From positions 233,895 to 297,894 of the IMG/VR virus record IMGVR_UViG_3300009181_000033: DNA of 64,000 bases; one strand, 5' to 3'. Both the position numbers and the translations under genes were made by a program. Positions 57,114 through 64,000 of the stretch are shown piece after piece (the first letter of the stretch is position 1; every line of letters begins with the position of its first letter). The notes beneath the pieces are model-generated. The model was not told the DNA's origin. It made no database searches and worked only from the letters and a program-made list of their open reading frames with translations.

Positions 57114-58226
57114 TCACACATGTAAATAACCCATTTTTTCAATGGCGCCATTGAAAGATTCAAAATATCGATTTGCAACTACTTCAGGACGTATTCCATT
57201 CGAACAAATGGAATTTAATCGACGTATTGCCTCGTCAAACTCAATCGAATTGCATGCGTATGATGCATCATCCGGTAGAGCCACCTCAACGCAGGAAGAA
57301 GATAGGCACTTTATGCGCTTTATTAGCGTCTCTGTCAGCTCAGGATTTTTTTCCATTTTTTCTTTGAGTTGCTTGATCAATATTTTTGTAGATTTTTTTG
57401 AGGCGGCATTCTTCAAGATTACCTTGTTTGATTGAAAGTTGCAGCTTTCCACCATTTTCAAAGTCGACATATCAATCGAAGAGATGAGTTGTCCCTTGAG
57501 GCTTGACACCACATCGGTGTTTGATGCTGTTGCTATATCCACCAAAGTATTAACACCTTCAAGGTCATATGTGATTTGATATGGAAAAAGCACCAGGTTT
57601 CCTCGATCATTGTTGACCTTGATTGTGTTAGCAACATCATCAGATAATCCCCTGCAAAAAAGTGCGCAGGGGATTTTGTTGTCGGAAAGAAATGTTAAAA
57701 CATGATGAATTTCAGATACGCTTTCAACATATCCATCGATGCACAAAACAGAAACATTCTTCAATAATTGCGGTCGAATATTGACCAGTGATTTTGCTGG
57801 AAATGAATAACCGTCATAAGCTTCAATGTAAAAATTGTGATTTGATGATTTTTTCAAAATCACACTTGTTGAAGATCCGGACATGTCAATGATGTTTTCC
57901 ATGATTTTGCGGTTGCGATGATTCATGAATCGAAAAGAGTTGATCACGGACTTTTTGGTGACTGGGGTGTCAGATGTGTCTTCTATTTTTTGGCCGACAA
58001 AAAGCCTGAGAAACATGTTCCCGGATCCAGGAGAAGTCTTCTCGGCCGTAATAAAATTAGAAAGCAAAATTTCATAAATCTTTGACTGGGATATATCAGT
58101 GGGTTTAATCCGAAGAATGTGCTGGATGTGCTTGAGTGGTCCGTCTTTTGAAAGTGATTTTTCAACATCCAAATTTTCTCTTATGATTTTTCTTACTTCT
58201 TCAACAATGACCGGCAATTCACTCAT
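57114..58226 (-). CDS. Divergent, truncated chaperonin (GroEL/Cpn60 apical-domain-like)
   Basis: DGYSF...VLCIDGYVESVSEIHHVL....ALFCRGLSDDVANTIKVN..RG.L...LVDIA...VVSS..G resembles GroEL apical/intermediate segments; no GDGTT. Confidence 0.55.
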   Translation of the reverse strand: MSELPVIVEEVRKIIRENLDVEKSLSKDGPLKHIQHILRIKPTDISQSKIYEILLSNFITAEKTSPGSGNMFLRLFVGQKIEDTSDTPVTKKSVINSFRFMNHRNRKIMENIIDMSGSSTSVILKKSSNHNFYIEAYDGYSFPAKSLVNIRPQLLKNVSVLCIDGYVESVSEIHHVLTFLSDNKIPCALFCRGLSDDVANTIKVNNDRGNLVLFPYQITYDLEGVNTLVDIATASNTDVVSSLKGQLISSIDMSTLKMVESCNFQSNKVILKNAASKKSTKILIKQLKEKMEKNPELTETLIKRIKCLSSSCVEVALPDDASYACNSIEFDEAIRRLNSICSNGIRPEVVANRYFESFNGAIEKMGYLHV

Positions 58227-58310
58227 GGGCTTATTCTACACACAACGAATTGCAAGTGGTTAATGCAAATTTACTTTTTGCATGTACAAGTCTAATTGCA
58301 GGTAGTATTC

Positions 58311-58456
58311 TAATTAATAATTAGAAGAATTAATTGGATCCAATTAGATACAATTAGAAGAATTAATTAGATACAATTAGATACAATTAGAAGAATTAAT
58401 TAGATACAATTGGATCCAATTAGATAGAATTAGATCCAATTAAGAGGCTAATTAGA
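58311..58456. repeat. AATT-phased iteron-like array at the strand switch (putative origin or regulatory region)
   Basis: Units AATTAGATAC, AATTAGAAG-AATT, AATTGGATCC, AATTAGATAG, AATTAGATCC; palindrome AATTGGATCCAATT occurs twice. Confidence 0.85.
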
Positions 58457-60445
58457 ATGAATTTAAAAGAACCAATTTTTGTAAATCCCAATAAGCTAAT
58501 AGAAGAAAATTCTGAGATTATTTTTGTTGCTGACGTGTTCGTTGAGGATTATGTCGGTGGAGCCGAATTAACGTCGGATGCAATCATCCAGGAATCACCA
58601 TTTGTGGTGCAAAAGCTACACTCAAAAGATGTAAATCTTGCAACTTTACAACAGGGAATTAATAAATTTTGGATATTTGGAAATTTTGCACAACTCAATC
58701 CAGAATTAATTCCTTCAATTGTGGCAAATTTGAAATACTCCGTCCTGGAGTATGACTATAAATACTGCAAATTTAGATCACCTGAAAAACACGTTGCAGC
58801 CGAAGGCACGTGCGATTGTGAAAGTAAAATCAATGGAAAATTGGTTTCCGCTTTTTACTTTGGATCCCAGGCTTTATGGTGGATGTCAGAACAACAAAAA
58901 AACAAATACACCAACTTATTTCCGTTTCTGCTGGAGAAAGATAATGTAGTTTTATCCAGCGTATTTTCCAAAGAAACTCTTGGAAAATTGAGACACTTGA
59001 GGGAGCAATCAAATCCAAAAAAGGGTTGGATTGTTTTAGGATCCACTTCTTGGGTGAAGGGTTTTGAAAATGCAAAAAAATGGTGTGAAGACAATCACAA
59101 AGAATATGAAGTTGTATGGAATTTGAGCTATGATGAAGTGCTAGCAAAACTTTCCACCTCTGAGGGCTTTGTCTACCTACCGGCCGGAGCCGATACGTGT
59201 CCAAGAATGGTGATTGAAGCTAAGTTATTGGGTTGTGAGCTTCACATGAACGACCATGTTCAACATGCAAAAGAAGAGTGGTTCAATACAGACGATTTAG
59301 ATTCTATCCAAGATTATCTCTACACAGCGCCAGACATATTCTGGAAGGCAATCAAATTGATCAAAAATCATAAACCAACCATTAGCGGTTACATCACTAC
59401 TTACAATTGTATTGCACAGGAATATCCATTTGAAAGAAGTATTAATTCCATGTTGCAATTTTGTGATGAGGTCTGTGTGGTCGACGGAGGTTCCACCGAT
59501 ACCACACCCGAGACTCTCTTTGACTTACAGATGAAGAACTCTCCAGAAGAGTCACGAGTCAAATTGATCGAGGACCTGAAGAGAGAGAAGGGTGAGACTC
59601 TTCCTATTTCCGTTCTCCACGAGGCACTCAACGGTATTTCACGAGTCAAAGTGAAGACGATATCCCGTGATTGGACTCATCCTCGACATGCAGTTTTTGA
59701 TGGCATGCAGAAGGCAGAAGCACGAAAGATGTGTACTGGCGAGTTCTGTTGGCAAATGGATTCTGACGAAATAGTACACGAGAAAGACGCTCATAAAATC
59801 ATTGAATTGTGTCAAAATATTCCAAAGAACGTCGACATTGTTTGTCTCCCGGTTGTGGAATATTGGGGAGGGCCCGAAAAAGTTAGACTTGACATTCAGC
59901 CTTGGAAATGGAGACTCAGCAGAAATTCTTCACACATCACCCATGGAATCCCAGTCGAACTTCGCCGCAATGATGTAAATGGTGACCTCTATGCACTCGA
60001 AGGTACCGATGGTTGTGACATGATCAACACAGAAACGGGTGAGAGATTGCCACATGTTACGTTCCACAACACAGAGACAGAAACAATTCGTAGAGCAGCA
60101 GTTTTAGGTGATGAGAATGCCATTAAAGCCTATCAGGATTGGTTCAATAAAGTTGTTGAAAATCTTCCTGGTGTATTTCATTATTCATGGTATGACATTC
60201 CGAGAAAAATTCGAACCTATAAGAATTATTGGACAAAACACTGGAATTCCCTTTACAACAAATCAATGAAAGACACAGCAGAATCAAACATGATGTTTGA
60301 TTTACCGTGGTCAGAAGTTTCTGAAGAGATGATAGAAGATTTGGCAAAAAATCTAAAAGAAAAAACAGGCGGTTGGATTTGGCACGGCAAATGGAAAGGC
60401 CAGCAAATTCCCCACCTGACAATTAACACAACGGAGCCAAAATGA
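58457..60445 (+). CDS. Two-domain glycosyltransferase (GT-B-like + GT2/GT-A)
   Basis: GGAELT, KG, DTCPRMVIEAKLLG; then ISGYITTYN..VVDGGSTD...QMDSDE. Confidence 0.85.
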   Translation: MNLKEPIFVNPNKLIEENSEIIFVADVFVEDYVGGAELTSDAIIQESPFVVQKLHSKDVNLATLQQGINKFWIFGNFAQLNPELIPSIVANLKYSVLEYDYKYCKFRSPEKHVAAEGTCDCESKINGKLVSAFYFGSQALWWMSEQQKNKYTNLFPFLLEKDNVVLSSVFSKETLGKLRHLREQSNPKKGWIVLGSTSWVKGFENAKKWCEDNHKEYEVVWNLSYDEVLAKLSTSEGFVYLPAGADTCPRMVIEAKLLGCELHMNDHVQHAKEEWFNTDDLDSIQDYLYTAPDIFWKAIKLIKNHKPTISGYITTYNCIAQEYPFERSINSMLQFCDEVCVVDGGSTDTTPETLFDLQMKNSPEESRVKLIEDLKREKGETLPISVLHEALNGISRVKVKTISRDWTHPRHAVFDGMQKAEARKMCTGEFCWQMDSDEIVHEKDAHKIIELCQNIPKNVDIVCLPVVEYWGGPEKVRLDIQPWKWRLSRNSSHITHGIPVELRRNDVNGDLYALEGTDGCDMINTETGERLPHVTFHNTETETIRRAAVLGDENAIKAYQDWFNKVVENLPGVFHYSWYDIPRKIRTYKNYWTKHWNSLYNKSMKDTAESNMMFDLPWSEVSEEMIEDLAKNLKEKTGGWIWHGKWKGQQIPHLTINTTEPK

Positions 60446-60813
60446 AAGAGAACAAATTGCATCAAGCAATATCGAAGCTTTTGACTGACCGCTTGGCAAA
60501 AAATAATGGAAAAAGATTGAATAGAGAAACTTGTACGGAAATATATCAAGACATATTTTTTAGCATAACGGAGCTATTCAAAGAGTCATCCACACCGCTT
60601 GGTAACGAAGCTGCAAATCTATTGGCACAGATGTATTATGATTGTGTGACACTGCAGACATCTTCTGGCAATTCAGAATTGGATCCAAGCATATTTGAAA
60701 AGAGGGCGTCGACAGACAACGTTCCTACAAAGGAATTAGCATTATTGGCAACAATGATGAACGGTACTCCCTTTGCACCTGTGTTTATATCGGCAGTCAA
60801 GAGGCGATCGTGA
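60442..60813 (+). CDS. Hypothetical protein in GT operon
   Basis: ATGA/GTGA-coupled on both sides. Confidence 0.65.
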   Translation: MKENKLHQAISKLLTDRLAKNNGKRLNRETCTEIYQDIFFSITELFKESSTPLGNEAANLLAQMYYDCVTLQTSSGNSELDPSIFEKRASTDNVPTKELALLATMMNGTPFAPVFISAVKRRS

Positions 60814-61544
60814 ACTCAATAGAGGATGTGAAAATTTGCGTCGCCATTTGTAATTACAATCACTCTCGCTATCTTAAGGAATCCATACAGAGCATTGTGG
60901 ATCAAACACACAAAAATCTTGATATTGCCGTTATTGATGATGGCTCAATCGACCAAGGAAATGTAAAGGACTTGGTTAAATCTTTTAACGACGAAAGAAT
61001 TAGGCTCATTCTTTTACCTACGAACAAAGGAAAATGGAATGCACTAAACACTGCCTTTTTGGGAACAGATGCAGTGATATGTACTTCTCATGATGCCGAC
61101 GATGTTTCTCTGCCGTGGAGATTAAAAGCCCAGATTAATTGCATGATTGAGACGAAGACTGTCCACAATTTGTGCGGCTTCATCTCTTGTTGGTCTGATC
61201 AAGAGGTGATAGATTACGCAACAAAGATTGAACTGCCTTCGGAAATGAAGGTAGCATCTGGCGATGCGGTCACGAAGAGCGTCCTTCAAGGTTTCGACAC
61301 TCCTGGAATCAACCATTATTTTACAGGCAATTTTGAAACTGCTGGTGTTAGTTCAATGTTCTATAAGAGAATTTGGGATTTAGGAATTAGATTTTTACCG
61401 CCTGGCAAAAACGTTAGGGTACTCATGAGTGAAGATTCTGATTTTAATTTTAGGCTCACGACAAGCCATCGTTCAACTTCTCTGTTATTAGAAACACCAT
61501 ATCTTTATAGAAGAAACACCAGCACAAACAAGGAAGAAAAATGA
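60810..61544 (+). CDS. GT2 glycosyltransferase
   Basis: ICNYN..YL.ESIQS..QT...IDDGS.D, NKGK..ALN, HDADD, SEDSDF, YLYR. Confidence 0.92.
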   Translation: MNSIEDVKICVAICNYNHSRYLKESIQSIVDQTHKNLDIAVIDDGSIDQGNVKDLVKSFNDERIRLILLPTNKGKWNALNTAFLGTDAVICTSHDADDVSLPWRLKAQINCMIETKTVHNLCGFISCWSDQEVIDYATKIELPSEMKVASGDAVTKSVLQGFDTPGINHYFTGNFETAGVSSMFYKRIWDLGIRFLPPGKNVRVLMSEDSDFNFRLTTSHRSTSLLLETPYLYRRNTSTNKEEK

Positions 61545-62293
61545 GCACTTCTTTTAAAATAGTTGTTCCCGTGTATAATTCGGAAAATTGGATTGAAAAA
61601 TGCCTATCTTCAATCAAGAATCAAAAACATAAAGAATTTGAATGTGCCATATACAATGATTGTAGCACCGATTCAACAGGCGAAAAAATAGAAGATTTTA
61701 TTAAAGAATATGGTGATGAAAGATTTACAGTCGTTCACAATTCTTCTAACAAGAAAACTCTGTTTAATCTCATAGATGGATGCCAAACACTTAAATCAAA
61801 AGAAGAGCCAGAGTCAGTTTTGGTGGTAGTCGATGGAGATGACTCTTTGTTCAGCGAATATTCTTTGAGCTTGGTCGATAACGTATATCAAAAAACTGGA
61901 ACGTCTTTGACATATGGTTCATTTGTTCATTGGCCTACAGGAGAGATTTCTAATTTTTCTAGGGAATTCCCGAATGAAGTAAGGGCAAATAATAATTACA
62001 GAAAATTCCCGTTCGTTTCCAGTCATCTTAGAACCTACAAGAGCTATCTTTGGAATTCCATATTGGATTCAGACCTTAGAGACACAGATGGAGAATATTT
62101 TAAGGTAGCTTGTGATGTTGCAACAATGATACCAATGTTAGAAATGGCTGGTGGAAATTTTATACACATTCCCAACATTCTATATGTTTATAATAGATGG
62201 AATCCACTGAGCGATGACGTCATTAATTCTTCAGAGCAAGGAAGAATAGATAGATTAATAAGGTCTAGAAAAAAATACGAGCCGTTTTTATGA
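61541..62293 (+). CDS. GT2 glycosyltransferase
   Basis: IVVPVYN..WIEKCL.S..NQ..NDCSTD, VDGDD, SHLRT, LYVYN. Confidence 0.92.
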   Translation: MSTSFKIVVPVYNSENWIEKCLSSIKNQKHKEFECAIYNDCSTDSTGEKIEDFIKEYGDERFTVVHNSSNKKTLFNLIDGCQTLKSKEEPESVLVVVDGDDSLFSEYSLSLVDNVYQKTGTSLTYGSFVHWPTGEISNFSREFPNEVRANNNYRKFPFVSSHLRTYKSYLWNSILDSDLRDTDGEYFKVACDVATMIPMLEMAGGNFIHIPNILYVYNRWNPLSDDVINSSEQGRIDRLIRSRKKYEPFL

Positions 62294-63057
62294 GAGATTT
62301 TTATAGTTTTGCCATGTTGGGAAAATATGGCAGACTTGGCAATCAAATGTTTCAAGTAGCTACAGTCGCATCCCTTGCAAGATTAAAGGGGTGCGATTTA
62401 GTTTTACCCAATAATGAAAACACAATCATTAGAAAATGCTTCAATATCCCATGCATTGACGCAACAGAAGATCATTCCTTTTTAACAAAAGGAAGATGGC
62501 AAGAGCCAAGCTTTTGTTATTCTAGACAAATATTGGATCTTCCGACCAATGTTGATATATTGGGATATCTCCAATCGTGGAGGTATTTGTTTGATGAAAA
62601 ATATATTAGACAAATATTTTCTTTCGATAAAAGTGTCATCGAAAGATGCAAGAATAATTTGCCAATAGGAGAATTAATATCTTTACACGTGCGAAGAGGA
62701 GATTATCTAAAATTTCCAAAAGTTTTCCCATTGCCATCAGTTGAATATTATGAAGATGCAGTGTCTTCAATAAAGTCTGAGAGACAGGATGCAATACCAG
62801 TAATTTTCACCGATGACAAAAAATGGTGTGAAGAAAATTTTCCAAAAATGCAAATTTTTTCCACTTCAGAAATCGATGATTTGTGTATGATGTCGTTATG
62901 CAAACATCATGTGATTGCCAATAGTAGCTTTAGCTGGTGGGGGTCTTGGTTGGCAAAATCAGAAGAACAAATAGTGTATTCACCGCATGCATGGTTTGGT
63001 CCAGAAGGACCACAGGACACACAGGATTTATTGCCACCCTGGTACAGGAGATCTTAA
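62290..63057 (+). CDS. Alpha-1,2-fucosyltransferase (GT11)
   Basis: GRLGNQMFQ, GYLQS, HVRRGDY, FTDD..WC, IANSSFSWWG. Confidence 0.92.
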   Translation: MRDFYSFAMLGKYGRLGNQMFQVATVASLARLKGCDLVLPNNENTIIRKCFNIPCIDATEDHSFLTKGRWQEPSFCYSRQILDLPTNVDILGYLQSWRYLFDEKYIRQIFSFDKSVIERCKNNLPIGELISLHVRRGDYLKFPKVFPLPSVEYYEDAVSSIKSERQDAIPVIFTDDKKWCEENFPKMQIFSTSEIDDLCMMSLCKHHVIANSSFSWWGSWLAKSEEQIVYSPHAWFGPEGPQDTQDLLPPWYRRS

Positions 63058-64000
63058 TGCTATTAGATTTAGAAAAAATTGTTGAAGTTTTTAACATTCC
63101 ACAAACAGGTGTTTTTCACGTGGGTGCTCACCACGGCCAAGAAATGGAAAGGTATAAAAAATTAAAACTTAAGAATGTTGTGATGTTCGAACCATCTCCA
63201 AAGACATTTGAAATACTACAAGAAAACCTAAAGGATGAAGAAGTTACATTGGTAAATTTGGGCCTGGCGTCAGAAGACTCTGAACTAGAGCTCTATGTTG
63301 AATCAGCAAATTTAGGACAGTCTAATAGTTTGCTCAAACCAATGCTCCACACATCACAATATCCAGACATAAAATTTGAATCAAAAGAAAAAGTGAACCT
63401 CACTTCTTTGGACAAGTGGTGCGAAAAAAATGAAGAAAAATCCATTGCCAACATAATGTCTTTAGACGTTCAAGGCTATGAGCTTGAAGTATTACTGGGT
63501 GCACAAAAAACTTTGAAAAACATTGACATCATTATATGCGAGGTCAATAGAAGTGAACTATACAAAGATTGTGCTTTTGTAATTGAAATAGACATCTTTT
63601 TAAGACACCATGGCTTCAGGAGAGTGGCAACAAACTGGGTCGGAAAAACTTGGGGTGACGCAGCATATGTAAAGGAGAACTTTGTGCAAAGTGTGTCGAA
63701 GATTCCATCCATCGACATAATAGACAAATCATTTTCACACTCTAAGAGTGTTTTGGGATTTGATTCAGCTTGCCTATTGCCTACTTCTAAATTTAATTGG
63801 AATAGAGAGAAGACAGGTGATTTCGATTTTGTTGTTATAACCGATGAATCTGTCGCCACCAAGACTGAAAAAAGAAAAATTGCTTGGCTTTTGGAACCTA
63901 ATGACATATCAAATCATGCATACAACTATGTAGAAAATCACCAAAATGATTTTGTCGGAATAGTTTCTCATGACATAAATTTTGTTCAAAAAATTGAAAA
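63057..64000 (+). CDS. FkbM-family methyltransferase fused to a further, probably GT, domain (3' partial; not in ORF track)
   Basis: TAATG overlap; MLLDLEK..GVFHVGAHHGQE..FEP..SNSLL..LD..MSLDVQGYELEVLLG..EVN..WGDAAY; frame stays open through KIAWLLEP to the window end. Confidence 0.88.
   Translation, partial: MLLDLEKIVEVFNIPQTGVFHVGAHHGQEMERYKKLKLKNVVMFEPSPKTFEILQENLKDEEVTLVNLGLASEDSELELYVESANLGQSNSLLKPMLHTSQYPDIKFESKEKVNLTSLDKWCEKNEEKSIANIMSLDVQGYELEVLLGAQKTLKNIDIIICEVNRSELYKDCAFVIEIDIFLRHHGFRRVATNWVGKTWGDAAYVKENFVQSVSKIPSIDIIDKSFSHSKSVLGFDSACLLPTSKFNWNREKTGDFDFVVITDESVATKTEKRKIAWLLEPNDISNHAYNYVENHQNDFVGIVSHDINFVQKIE

Noticed and set aside
58311-58456. CRISPR array
   Set aside because: Units are 9-13 bp and contiguous, with no unique spacers and no cas genes.
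63476-63907. 143-aa minus-strand ORF
   Set aside because: Antisense to the clear FkbM reading frame.
1-64000. Alternative genetic code (stop-codon reassignment, as in some jumbo phages)
   Set aside because: Core genes are full-length in code 11, and TAA, TAG and TGA all end conserved genes at the expected C-termini (MCP TGA, terminase TAG).
51483-64000. Host chromosomal DNA or prophage boundary (phoH, clpP, GTs)
   Set aside because: The genes are divergent phage-type versions interleaved with orphans, share the same promoter styles, and no integrase or housekeeping synteny is present.

Overview
This window comes from a large lytic myovirus (jumbo-phage-like, distantly T4-related), uses the standard genetic code, and shows no host chromosomal genes. 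About 1-58 kb is almost all on the minus strand. It carries two tandem tail-sheath paralogues, gp15/gp14/gp13-like tail-completion and neck genes, a decaying tRNA cluster (one intact tRNA-Gln), and a head module: gp23-like major capsid, gp22-like scaffold, gp21 protease, a gp20 portal interrupted by an HNH-containing intein, and the gp17 terminase. These are followed by a fused Mre11-Rad50 (gp47-gp46) nuclease, primase, RuvC, gp4, a block of large AT-rich virion genes, PIN-PhoH, a stand-alone sigma-70 region-4 protein, a histone H1-like Hc1, a DinG helicase, ClpP and a truncated chaperonin-like protein. At about 58.3 kb an AATT-phased repeat array marks the strand switch into a plus-strand glycosyltransferase/fucosyltransferase/FkbM cluster. 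The most interesting inferred systems are: (1) virion glycosylation, pairing the GT cluster with a [S/T]-[G/A/S]-S motif enriched in external virion proteins; (2) a head-cargo addressing code (an N-terminal MKxTxxxL[RK]x[IL][IV]xEE helix, a C-terminal RWxxLAGI, LxE cleavage sites and a shared ATAnTTA late promoter) that tags a ParB-like protein and a membrane-active protein for packaging; (3) an origin-like AATT array. All functional calls come from motif recognition only, and no searches were run.
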